DNA of 34,532 nucleotides from Catajapyx aquilonaris. Lineage: Eukaryota. The position numbers were made by a program, and so were the translations under genes. Of the stretch, positions 21,712 through 33,489 are shown one piece after another. The stretch is from the NCBI GenBank assembly GCA_000934665.2, contig JYFJ02004136.1:1-34532 (forward strand), read 5' to 3'. The notes below the pieces were generated by a model. The model was not told where the DNA came from. It did no database searches and saw only the letters and a list, made by a program, of their open reading frames with translations. Position 1 is the first letter of the stretch. Each line of letters opens with the position of its first letter.

Positions 21712-22867
21712 ACGGGATCCGATGTTCGCACATTTTCGCGTGTTGTACAAATCACGTACACCCGTTATTATCCAGATCTGATCACTTTTTTTGTCCGCCT
21801 AATATCGGATCCCTCGGACATTTACTGCCCAATTGTCTCGGCAATCACATGACTTTTTTGGGGGGGGAAGAACGCATGCCGGAGAAATGTACGTAGTTTC
21901 GCGCACCCAAGCGTGTATGTTCAAAGTTGCCTGGAGTGGAGTGGAGATATGTCGCAAATTCCATGTTTCGGGGAAGCTTGGTTCGCTAATTCTACCTGGG
22001 CAAAAATCGCAGCGGTAAAAAAGATTTGCTTACTTTTATATCATGCGATAGCTTGTAACGTCTAGGATTGGCTCTATCGGGACTCTTAAAAAAGGCTGAC
22101 CATGTACAGATGGTTTTACTGATCTTATAAAAATTTTTGGGGGTTTTTAAAGAATTATTCAGAGGCAAATTATATGTATTTGAAAACCGGTTAATTAGTT
22201 TCGAGTGTGAGATACGATGCAATAATGTGCTGGTTACACGGCAACAATTGCTCTGCCGGGCGAGCCGTAATCCATGTGGCAGTCAGTGTTGATTTTTTTT
22301 CTGGAAGGAAAAATGTTGTGACATTTGACCTTGGTTGACACTTCACCTCTTATTCAGAAGCTGCTGGTTTTTACTTGATTTTCCATTGTTTTTAAATGGC
22401 AAATGATTTTGTAATTTGTGTCATTTTTCGTTAGTTGTAAGCGAGATTTTCTTCCCTGATTTTTATGCTCTTGGTGGGAAGAGAGAGAGAATATGGCATA
22501 CAAATTGCATGCGTAAAACGAGTTTAAAAAAACAACAACAACAGGATTTTAGCACTGTGTAACTTCCTGGTAAATTATATTTTACATGATGATTCCAACG
22601 TCCATTGAGAGTCCCAAAGCTTAGATGGCATACGCTACTTTCCGTACTTTCTGCAAAGCACTTGCATTTTCGTACGGGTTCGGATGGACGGCATTCTTCA
22701 CATCCCGAGTGCACATGGAAATTTACGCCAGAATTTAATTATTTTCCTGCCAGAGAAAAGCGTCAGATTTCGACATTGGCCCCGAAGAATTTGCACAATG
22801 GAAACGAAAGGAGCATGTGCCGTCTGAGCATGTGACTTATTATTTCCCTGCATCAATTTCAGCGTTA

Positions 22868-22965
22868 AGGCCCATTCACACAAGCCGTCAACGGTTTTGG
22901 TTTTTGGTCGCTTTGACGCCGCGGACCAAAGACCAAAACCGTATACGGCCTGTGTGAATGGGCCT
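22868..22965. mobile_element. 98-bp PIF/Harbinger-type (Tourist-like) hairpin MITE
   Basis: AGGCCCATTCACAC...GTGTGAATGGGCCT with TTA on both sides (22865-67, 22966-68); nearly the whole element is palindromic. Confidence 0.8.
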
Positions 22966-23578
22966 TTATGTGGAGACAATTTCACCAATAATAATAATAA
23001 TTGATAGGAACAAATATTGTTTAATAAAATCTCCTGCGTTTATCAGTTTTATAAGGGGGGCACTTCAACAACAAAAAACAAACAATGAATGCAACTTATA
23101 CGCATGAATCAGGTCGTACATACATGCTTGTCTTAAAACACGTGCTCCGTGCCCAATTAGTACGTTTTAAACAAAAACCTAATGTCTGCAGACCTCGTTA
23201 CAAGTTAAGGAACAAATACCCCAGCAATCAGAACCAGTTATCATTATTCTTTCAGCAAATAGTGGTGATGTCACATATGCCTTCAATATATTATTGGTTT
23301 AACGACTGACACATGTTGAGCAATTGCTGGCCGTTGCGACATCACCACTATTTCTCCTGCTGGATAATGATTGCTGGTGGACCTGATTACCTTAACAGAA
23401 TTAGCCAACGAAGCCGCAGCATGACCGCAACTACGGAGTTACAAACTTCAAACTGCAACTTCATGTGAAAAAAAAACACAAAATTGCAATCCCCATCATA
23501 ACGTTAAAAAGAAGGGGGGGAAAAAATGCAATCCCCAACTTGAAGTGAAAACTTCCTGCCTGAACTTGTGGGTCTTGC

Positions 23579-24270
23579 TCACTGCTCACGTGAACTGATG
23601 CCCTGCAAAGAGTAAGAGGGAAGCATCGTAATAATTATGACCGAGACATTAATGCGTCTGTTCCTTTTTTTGAGGTTCGATGGTTGGCGGACAAGCTCAC
23701 CTCCAGATAGCGCACCACCCGTGCCCTCCCCTGCATCCTGGCTAGGTCAACGGCCGTCTGCCCTTCACCATCCTTGGCGGAGTGGTCAGCGCCTGCCTCC
23801 ACCAGGAACCTGACCATGTCTAGACAGCCGCCGTAGGCAGCATAGTGCAGTGGGGTGTAGTTGACGAGGCCAGGGTCGTTCAGGGTGGCCCCTTCGTTCA
23901 GGAGGAAGTCGACCACCTCCACTTGGTCTTCGCGAGCTGCGTAGTGGATCGGCTGGTCCTCGTCCACATCCTTGGCCTTGACCTCCGCCCCTCCACGGAT
24001 CAGGTGGCCGCAAGTGGACAGATGACCATTCATCGCGGCCAGGTGCAGCGCGGTGTCCTGCGCCAGCCCTTCCTGGTCCACAGGCCACCCTTCCCTGACC
24101 AGGTAAGAGACTACCTCATCCCACCCCGACTTGGCCGCCATGTGCAGCCCGCTCCAGCCGTTGGTGTCGTCCACAAGGCCCACCAGTCCTCCGATCCCAG
24201 AGTGCTTCTCCACCATGCCTTGGACTACCGTCAGGCTGCCATGTTCGCATGCCATATGAAAGTGGAGCCT
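23579..24270 (-). CDS. Ankyrin-repeat protein (about 5-6 repeats); internal exon 24270-23701 and last exon 23602-23579
   Basis: GWSGLHMAAKSG, DTALHLAAMNGH, DQPIHYAARED, YTPLHYAAYGG, GQTAVDLA. Acceptor CCCCCAG, donor GTGAGC, then acceptor CTTTGCAG giving GISSREQ-stop. The first exon is uncertain. Confidence 0.85.
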
Positions 24271-24399
24271 CTGGGGGTAAATATTGGCCACATTAATACT
24301 TATCAAACAAATAGCAGCCTGGCCTGTTCCTCCAACGCCCTGTTTCCTGCCATGGACAAACTAACTAACTTTCCCATACACGTAAGAAGTTCTTGCAAA

Positions 24400-24660
24400 T
24401 GCATTAAAATAACCATTGTTTTGGTCTCACCTTAGTTTGGTTCGATATGAGCTCCATTTGTCCCACGGCAAATGCTAATATGGTAATCGGTGCCATGCCT
24501 AACCAGCTCCGACATATCATGTCTGGCGTTACCGTTGCTACCTTTTCCCATAGGTGATGGAGATACCTGATCTTTTCACCATACATGTATCTCCACAGAA
24601 ATGTCCATCGGGGTAAGATCTGGGCTTCTGGGGAGGGCTATGCACTGGGAAAATTCTCAT
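24400..24660 (-). mobile_element. Decayed Tc1/mariner transposase C-terminal remnant
   Basis: The minus strand gives PPRSPDLTPMD...KVATVTPDMICRSW...GTNGAHIEPN* across frameshifts. Confidence 0.65.
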
Positions 24661-25410
24661 TCACGACTTCACACACTGGGAGCAGGGCCGGAGAGAGGTC
24701 TAGCCGGGACCCAGGGACGACAAAGATTTGAGCCCCCTTCACTCGAATACAGACAGTGACAGTTTCAAATTGCAGTTAAAAGTTGCTGTCCGCAAGAAAA
24801 AGGCATTCGGATTATATGAAATGAATCGATCTCTTCACAAAACCATCCCAACTGTTAAAGGGACACTCCACTCAAAATACAAGTTGGGCTCTAAAAATCT
24901 GGGAGGAAATCCTGATTCCGAGGGTATAAGCAGTTTTCCTGAGAGACGAACGGTAAGGCCACGGCGAGCCGTCAAAGTTTGGCAATTCGAATCTGGCACA
25001 TAAGAGCTGCCCGCCCAGCCCCCTGCACCCGCGCCGCCAACCAGGACTGGGCAGAAATTGTCATAATTCTCAGTCATCTTTGGTCCACGGCATCATTGGT
25101 CCCTACTGGTGTCGGGTCGTAGGTGGGGGTGGCCACCTCTTCGTCGTATGGCTCAAATTGGTATGGGAGGAGGCCGTGCGGACTTGGTCTGGGAAGCCCT
25201 GCTGGTACGTCGCTCTCAGCAGCAGTCGCCGCACCACGGAGGAGTAGGATGGAGAGGAAACCTGCCCCAGCCGCCTGGCATTTTTTGTGTCCGGGGCTTT
25301 ACAGCGGGGGGCCGCCAGTTGTCGCCAGGGCCTTTTTTGCTCGAGAATCTGGTGCTATGTATATGGCGAAGCACTGGATGAACCGCTGATTTTCGTGATT
25401 TAATGGAAAT

Positions 25411-26368
25411 GGCTCGTCCTGAGTTGGACATTTTCAATGTGGATGACAACAGCAGTTATGCGAACATATTGCCCTGCCGGTCAAGTAGTGGTGACATTAC
25501 GCACGGCGCATGACACTACTGGTCAAAAGTTAAGGATCACCCCCAAGCAGAGGTTTTTAATTTCTCAACCTTAAACTTACAGTACAAATTGAAAGTGTGA
25601 GGTACCGTTGAAAGCGTCGTGAATAACTCTACGAAGCAGAAAAGGAACGGTCACTCTAGGTTCAACAGAAGCGCAGATATCACCTATTTTGTTTTTAAAA
25701 AACATTCTCGAACACCTACATTTTCAACTATAAATATTAATAAATAAAGGTAATCATCACGAATTGATGCTTTATAATTTTTTTATTTATGGCAAGAAGC
25801 AAACGCCGAACATAAAAGAAATTACCGCAAAAATTTAAAAAACTTATAACTCGAACTGTAATTTTTTTAAATTTTTGGCACCGTGCATATAAAAAGAAAT
25901 GCTGAAAATTTAAAAAATACAGTTCAAGTGATAATTTTTGTAAAAATTCTTGTGATAATTTCTTTTATGTTCGGCGTTTGCTTCTTGCCATAAATAAAAA
26001 ATTATAAAGCATCAGTTCGTGATGATTACCTTTATTTATTAATATTTATAGTTTAAAATGTAGGTGTTCGAGAATGTTTTTTAAAACAAAATAGGTGATA
26101 TCTGCGCCTCTGTTGAAGCTCGAGTGACCGTTCCTTTTCTGCTTTGTAGAGTTATTCACGAAGCTTTCAACTGCACCTCACAATTTCAATTTGTACTGTA
26201 AGTTTAAGCTTGAGAAATTTTAAAACCTCTGCTTGGAGGTGATGCTAAACTTTTGACCAGTAGTGTAATGCTCCGTGCGTAATGTCACCACTACTTGACC
26301 GGCAGGGCAATATGTTCGCATAACTGCTGTTGTCATCCACATCGAAAATGTCCAACTCAGGACGAGCC
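25411..26368. repeat. 958-bp near-perfect palindrome containing Tc1-like TIR sequence
   Basis: GGCTCGTCCTGAGTTGGACATTTTC... mirrors ...GAAAATGTCCAACTCAGGACGAGCC with a ~20-bp loop near 25890. An internal CACTACTGGTCAAAAGTT motif occurs at ~25514 and is mirrored at ~26265. Confidence 0.88.
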
Positions 26369-26979
26369 TTTAAGGAACTAAATGGGCATTTGTCTAAAAA
26401 TCCTATTATAATAATAATCAGTAATAGGCTGTTTTGACTGTCCGAGTAAATATATTACAGATGGCTAGGCAGCGATAAGCCGGTAACTTTTGAAAATTTT
26501 GTAGTATCGGTATGTAAATTACGGAAAATTGGTCCAGGATGGCAAAAATGTTGAAATGCAGCACATGAAATACTTCAGTGACTTGATCTTCTCATATGAT
26601 TCCCGTACGCACTGATGCACATGGGTCATTTTCAATATTTTTTTTGCGCATTTGCTGTATCAATGTAGAAAAAAAAACAACAATAACTGTGACCAATCCT
26701 GCAAGTCATTTTACATTTACGTGAAAGAGACATTCATTTATGTGCTCATTTGATATCAAAAATATTGATTAGAATTCATTCAGTCATATGTAACTAAATA
26801 AAAAATGATGAAAAGTGTATGGAAATGAGGTGAAGCTGACAGCAAGATTTGCCCTTTGTGTATTTCATGCAGCTGTGTCAGTACCTGGATTTTGGAACCA
26901 AATTTTTTTAAACGCTTGTTATCATTGGATACCCCAAAGTTTATACATACATCACTGTCATTTAACATATAACTAAATT

Positions 26980-27633
26980 GAGGAGCTTGCCAGCAAATCC
27001 AGATAAATCCACAATTTGCAATTTTTCAGGAGGAGCCAATAAGTGATTTCTCAATTCTGGTGGCAAAAGTGGGATTGAAGTTGTCATGTGCAGTATGCTA
27101 CAGGGGTTGCCATTATGCAGACACAATTGTTTTACTTCAATGTATGGTGATTGTGGAGGTAGGGCATTGTTAAAAATGGATACATCTGATTTTGCATGAA
27201 AATCAGCTATATGGGAATTAAGACTAATTTGCTTTTGCTTGGAAACTAGATGTGCAGTATGCTATTGGGGTTGTCATTATGATTGCAGAAACAATTGTAT
27301 ATATCCATCTTTTAACAATGCCCCACCTCAAGAATCACCATATATTGGTATGGTGATTGTTGAGGCCAAAAAATAGACATCTGATTTTGCATTAAAATTA
27401 TGGCATTAGCTTTATGTGCACTTGATTTATATGCTTTTGCTTGGAAACCACTTTCGGATATATCCGGGTCTGCTTGAAAGGGCAATTTTCCCACGGCTCG
27501 CATTCGGTGTGAATGTCTGGTTTCACTTGCAACTTCATGTCAATAGAAAGGCATTGGGTGGAGCATGTCTCCAGCGTATCCAGATTATTTTCGACCCGGA
27601 GTGGATTTATCTGGATTTGCTGGCAAGCTCCTC
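26980..27633. mobile_element. Sola-like MITE (654 bp)
   Basis: 33-bp perfect TIRs GAGGAGCTTGCCAGCAAATCCAGATAAATCCAC flanked by AATT on both sides; internal diverged direct repeat (~27087 and ~27250). Confidence 0.75.
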
Positions 27634-29019
27634 AATTTGACAAATCATTTAAGGATGCGAAGCGTGACACTGTCACACTCTGTTACCATCTGACTGGCAC
27701 CCTTGCTGGAACTTCTGAAATCGCTCAGAATAGGCCAGCTAAATGCCCAAGCGTAGCATAGATTCAGTCGAGAGGGAATCCTTTGTCAGTTGGGGGTTGA
27801 GTGCTGGACAAGGAGGAGGCTGGCCATGTTTTCTCTCAAGGTTGCTGCATATTTTTTCTGCCTGTCACGTATGTTTCCCCTGCATGTAATATTGTCACAG
27901 GTGAATGGAGCCTGTTGCATACTAAGGTCCCAACTCTTCAGGTGCTAATAACTTTTCATGAAAACAAATAGTGTGCGAGGAAAAAATTACTACATTCAGT
28001 TTGTCACTGTCTGTTACTGTCACGTATGTTACCTACCATAGAGTAACATATGTGACAGGTAACAAATGCGAATGATGCTATAAGGCAGAACAGCCTAACA
28101 CTGGGACAGTTAGGTTTCAGAGACGTGTCATGCTTCTGTGAAGGAAAAGAAGGATTTTGTGATCGTTATAATCCAGGATTGTATTTTCTTGGCTGTCCCT
28201 TGTCAGCCTCAGATGATACATGATATGTCCAACCTCACATACGGTATAGAAAATGTGAATAAAGTTCTTTGGTATGATTCATCATATTGCTATTATCATT
28301 TCTTGAAATGAGGAGTTGTCACATCTGTTACTAAATGTCACATCTGTTACCCAGGTGAGTTTTTACCATAGCATTAGAGTGATATGAGGTACTGTTAATT
28401 AAAGTATAGTAAATGAAAGCCTCCCAGATGCCTTACATATTTAAAAATATTACACCTATGTGCATGAGCTTCATAACTCTGAGTTGTAAGTGAAACTTTG
28501 TCATATTTCACAAACAAATATCTGGATTTGCGCAAAAAAAAATGAAAATGGCCCACATACTACATACCCATGTGCACTACTTGGTTAACTCAACTTTCCT
28601 GGCCTTCCTATGGGCTAATTCGTCAATGATGTCGCCGATATTAAATTTTTGGGCAATTCCCCAGGAATTAAGTCACTGCTGCCCCAGTGACGATCGTGTC
28701 TCACTTTTTATTCTGGCCATAGCACTGCAGGATCTTTTCCCGCCGGAAACTGAGACTGCGAGGGCACAGAATAGGAAATTCATCTCTTATTAATATTACC
28801 CACTTAAAAATTTTTCCATACAGGTAGGGCCTTATCTAATCATCAAAGCGAAAAAACAAGTCTTTGACGAGTACTACTGGGTCATGCGGGCCCGGAGAAT
28901 TTTGCCCGCCCCCCGTCCCACCCCCTCTCTCCGGCCCTGACTGGGAGGCTTAACAAGTGAAACTTTCCTACGGCAGGATTGTTTGTATGGGGCTACTTTT
29001 CAATGTGCATCATCAAGAT

Positions 29020-29275
29020 ATGTTTGTGGTGTAAAGACCAGTCATCTTCCAGCACCTACGGGTTAGAATCACAGCAGCATCTCCAGATATGATTGAGCGG
29101 GTTGGGCTCCAGACCGGATACAGTCTTTTTTGATTTCTCGAGCCACAAATGAAGCTCATATCGAAACAAACTAAGGTGAGACGCAAACTTTAGACATTTA
29201 TAAGCATTTCAAAACTTAAATCATTTGCGCAAGTTTTCGAGTTATAGGGTTTTAAAATTGGGACATTCTTTTTCG
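29020..29275 (+). mobile_element. Second decayed Tc1/mariner transposase C-terminal and 3'-end remnant
   Basis: QHLRVRITAASPDMIERV...RATNEAHIETN*; GCTCATATCGAAACAAACTAAGGTGAGAC is an inverted match to 24424-24452. Confidence 0.6.
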
Positions 29276-29599
29276 ATGTTTTTTTACTTTTTTCAAACTG
29301 TAATGCATATTGTGACCCTTCAAAACATTTACCATCAGTAGTTAATCCTTTAATTACACAGTTGTAATACCATAATTATTATTCATTAACACCATTGCAA
29401 TCATGTTCTCAATACCTTTCACATGCTGTTGACAGGAGAGGAAAAAATAACAGTTATTAGGAATGTGGTCCACTGCTCATTAATTTTGTTAAACTGCAAA
29501 ATTGGAGTAAAAGTGAGAAAAACCCTGCTTTTAATTTTCAATTGATGGTGAAACATTTACAATGTTAATGTAAAATTCTGCCATTGCATAAATTAAAAA

Positions 29600-30140
29600 G
29601 TTGATGGCAGTTAATCTGCTAACGATTAGCAATTACAGCCTGACTTCACAGATCGGCTGCAAATCCTGTTGAAAATATTGCATTGACTACAGATTAGAAT
29701 TAATGGCTAATTATCTTTTCAAGCTATTAATTTCTGCATTTAAAATCTTACTGATCTTCAAATTAGTAATTGCTAATTTGAAGATCATTAATGGCTAATT
29801 TCTGCATTTAAAATCATACTAACTTATAATAGTCAATCACTAATTATATGAGATCTTGCTAATTTTTTTTACAGTTACTAGCATTTTATTTTTAAAATGA
29901 CTAAAATTAGACCTACTAATTTTTAGATTTTCATGTTAGTAGTTTTTGAACTTGGAATTTCCCCAATTTTTGAATCCTACTAATTTTGAAAGTTAGGCCT
30001 ACTAATTGCTAACTTCATTAATAATTATTATTACTAATTTCAGCCTTTTCAATCTTACTAAATTTTCAATTATTCATTACTTTTTTTTTTTTTTGAAATC
30101 TTGTAATTTTTTTTTTGTGTGCAATTGCTAACTTTTTTTG
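29600..30140. repeat. AT-rich low-complexity tract with recurrent (A/G)CTAATT motif
   Basis: Many TACTAATT/TGCTAATT/GGCTAATT copies, e.g. TAATGGCTAATT repeated. Confidence 0.55.
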
Positions 30141-30524
30141 AAACTGTAAATCAGGCCTGGCTTTGAAGTGGGATAAATGGTTGAGCATGATATCCATACG
30201 CATATCTTAATAGCGATTATTACCTCAACCTCAAGGCTGTGTTATGTATATTTTAAATAATACGGCATGTATAGATCCACGTAACGATACTAGCCGTGCT
30301 CTAATCCTTTTAAAATTGACAAACAATTCATTAAATTTGTGGCGCATCATGTCGGGGCTCAAAAAACTGTCTGATTTTTTTGAATTTGGGTTAATAATCC
30401 GGGTTATAAAGAATTCTCAAGCTCCAACGATAATAAACCATTACAACAATTGGTCACCACGGTAATCAGTTGTTGACAGCATTTAAAATTCTGCTCCAAA
30501 TTTAAATAATTAAGTTCTACTAAT

Positions 30525-30580
30525 ATATCCTCCTGAGACCTGATGTCCAATATATTGGACATCAGGTCTCAGGAGGATAT
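30525..30580. repeat. Perfect 56-bp palindrome (no loop)
   Basis: ATATCCTCCTGAGACCTGATGTCCAATA|TATTGGACATCAGGTCTCAGGAGGATAT. Confidence 0.95.
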
Positions 30581-30826
30581 TGTTTATTTTCTTTCAAGTT
30601 CTGTTCAGGTAGCCCGCAAACAGTGGTGATATCACAGGCCACTGCCAATTGCTGTGGTCATTTGCCATATAAATTCTCTAGTGATACCGCAGGCTTTGAA
30701 TTGATGTTTCATGGCCGTCACAATATGCTGAAAATTTTCAGAACAATTAATTGCTCTTAATTGGTATATAGTGTTCTGTATTCCAAAATGGCGGAATTGA
30801 ACAACAAAAAAAGGTGTTGCACTGAC

Positions 30827-30889
30827 CACCATGTCCTGCTCCTGCATCAAGTGGTTTCCAGGGTCGTATCCGACTCCTCCAGCGTCCAT
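30827..30889 (-). CDS. Candidate first coding exon of the minus-strand ankyrin gene
   Basis: GCCATGG start context, 21 codons (MDAGGVGYDPGNHLMQEQDMV) and a phase-0 donor GTCAGT compatible with the phase-0 acceptor at 24270. The linkage is inferred only. Confidence 0.3.
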
Positions 30890-31583
30890 GGCTCAGAGTA
30901 TAGTAGCCTCTTTTTCCTTAAGACAAGGTCTTTTCCAGCCGCCTCCTTAGAGCTCAGAATAAACCGGACTGGATAAAACAGGCCCGTGGTCGAAAGAGGC
31001 CCAGGGTTGCCAGACGAACAGCGCTGGCAAGGATGGCCAGATAGATAAACATTCTCTAATTACACATTATTTTTAAACAATCAGTATCGTTTTTTTAAAT
31101 TAATTTAATCTAATTAATGAACGGGTTTAATTAGTGTAGGATTAAAATCTGAACTTTTTTTAGTCTGGTAACCTTTTCAACGTTTTTTTTAACATGTTGC
31201 CAACAGCGCCAACAGTGCTTGCAACAGTGCCAACACCTTGGCCAACACCAACACCAGTTAATTCGAGATAATTTCAATTAAATCATACCGTTAAAAAAAA
31301 CGTTGGAAATCTGAATTGCCGAATACGCCTAATGCTTCCTTTATTTATAACCTCGACAGCCTCAATTTATTTATCAGGTCCAACAACTGTCTGTCGGATT
31401 TAATACCATCACTATTACGTAATTTCATGAAATACTGGCTGCTGCACCCCATCCACAATCAAGCGATCGTCACTTGTCTGGTTTGGCGCTAAAGTCGTCA
31501 GGAAAAACAATGTAGGAGATGGGTATTGTTGGTGTTGCTTCGGAAACCGGCGAGTAAACACAGTCTATACTTTCGGAAGGAAG

Positions 31584-32268
31584 ATGGCAGCAAAATTTTT
31601 CGTCGGAAGCAATCCTGGTTGTTACCCCCCTCCTAACAAGCCATGCCGGGACAAGCGCGTGTACAGGTCAGTCTTGTTCCCTTGATATTCGTGTCTCACG
31701 TGCCGCATTGTCCTAAACGTCTAATTGCGGTTATCATTATGTAGCAACTTTGTTCTGCATACGGGAGTCGCTGTCTCCTTCCAGCGAGCTAATTGGACTC
31801 AGGTGATTAAAAATCATTAACAATGTACAGTACATTGAGGAGGTGTTTATATTTACTACTTCAACTGGCACTTGTCCACCCCTAGGCTGCGGTCTCGGCT
31901 AGTTTTCGTGCAGGAAGTATGTTTGACCCTGAAGAATGGCCCGGATTGGCGCACTTTGTGGAGAACATGGTGTTCATGGGAAGTGCCAAATATCCCAAGC
32001 CGGACAATATGGACAGTTTTTTTCGGGTCAGGACACCTTTCACACGACAACCTATGCACCTCTCCTGCAGATTTCCACTGACAATATTAATTCCATGTTT
32101 AGGCACATAATGGGATGATATGGTCCAAGACGGAACACGAACTCGTCACATACTACTTCAGAATTGATGCCAAGTATCTATCAGAAGCATTGGACCACTT
32201 TTCGGACGCCATCTTGAGGCCAATGTTCCAAATGGAAGCAATTGAAGGCGAATTAGATGTGCTTCAAG
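31584..32268 (+). CDS. M16A metallopeptidase homologue (insulysin/nardilysin-like), first four exons; gene continues beyond the window
   Basis: Exons 31584-31666, 31745-31802, 31886-32026 and 32103-32268 are phase-consistent GT-AG. Translation: ...DKRVY...AGSMFDPEEWPGLAHFVENMVFMGSAKYP...TYYFRID...EALDHFSDAILRPMF...ELDVL, collinear with the insulin-degrading-enzyme N-terminal domain. Confidence 0.85.
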
Positions 32269-32500
32269 GTAAGTAAAGGTGTATGAAAACTCTATATTGT
32301 TAGGAGCCTCATAGGCCGTTGGGGACGTGTGCCTCGTAAGTATATTATGTTATGTTATGCTAAGTATGCTTATGTATGGTGCTTGTAGTGTTTCACAGTT
32401 TTATCCTGTAAGTCAGACAGTCATTTGGCTTGAAGGAAACTATAGCAGACTGAAGCTCCTCAGTCCTCAGAGTTTGGATGTATTCCACATTAGGACTGAT

Positions 32501-32503
<3 letters not shown>

Positions 32504-32590
<87 letters not shown>
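32504..32590. repeat. (ATT)n microsatellite, the (AAT)n 3' tail of the adjacent LINE
   Basis: About 29 perfect ATT units immediately 3' of the minus-strand LINE. Confidence 0.95.
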
Positions 32591-33489
32591 TCATTGATTC
32601 CTCTGGGTTTGCACCCTTTGGGAAGACTTCCCATAACACTTTACATAGGAATCATACAGAATTACAATCACCAGTAATGATACTTTGTATATCAGACCTC
32701 ATGCAATGGGCAACACAACTTGTCATTCACCTGCTCAGTCCAGTACTATATCAGCGAAACGAAGATATCTTGTCGCCTCCCTAAAATAATCAAACAGTCG
32801 TGACATCAATTGATCTTGGGGGACTACAAATAATAAGTGGGGGGATCCCTTTGGCAGAGGTGCGACTTCATCAAGGCAGACTGATCTTGTTGACATAAAA
32901 AATAGGCACTCAAAAAGAAAGTGATACAATGAAAATGGTTCATCCATATTATACACAAAGTACAGGAGTCGTTTGACCAAATAAACTTATAACCTTCAAA
33001 CCACATGCACCTTGGATTTAACCTCAAATTTGCCCAAAAACGGGAGTATCTCAGCGTCAGCGGTTTACTAACATACGATTGGCCTAAATACGATGGTTGC
33101 AGTTGGTCGTAGTAGCCATGCGATCGTGACCTCTCCAGTAGCCCCATGTCCACTGCTATTGTGTTATCAATATAATTTTTCATCAATTGGCTGTGCTGGG
33201 TCTGGGCTTCCCCCAGTTGTCTCCAACCCTCCCACGAAATGCCCGTCACCCCGGAAGACTTTGGACTCAACTAGGGTTCTCCAGTCCCGTGCTAACGGTT
33301 GTTCCTTCAACATGCACATATTAAATGCCCTTTTAACTAGTCTGTCCTCTGGTAATGACTGGATCCTCAATATCAAGCGCAACAACTGCTTTACCACCCC
33401 CACCGCAAGAGGGCGCCTACCAAATTCCAGATGTATAAGATATGATGGGGTGGATGTAGCTAAATGCAATAAATTCTTAATAAAATATA

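Larger units (their letters stand above)
24683..28939. mobile_element. Non-autonomous hAT-type element (4,257 bp including nested inserts)
   Basis: 16-bp TIRs CAGGGCCGGAGAGAGG / CCTCTCTCCGGCCCTG with a perfect 8-bp TSD ACTGGGAG (24675-82, 28940-47); no transposase ORF. Confidence 0.88.

Noticed and set aside
23221..23377. Short inverted match (AAATAGTGGTGATGTC / GACATCACCACTATTT) as a MITE
   Set aside because: The arms are patchy and no TSD is identifiable.
23845..24435. Antisense ORFs over the ankyrin exons (also 20156-20958)
   Set aside because: They are shadows of GC-rich codon usage on the coding strand, with no independent motifs.
31002..31174. hAT-like ends CAGGGTTGCCAGA / TCTGGTAACCT
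   Set aside because: The match is short and imperfect, with no 8-bp TSD.
32327..32677. 116-aa poly-Ile ORF
   Set aside because: It is the translation of the (ATT)n LINE tail within an intron.
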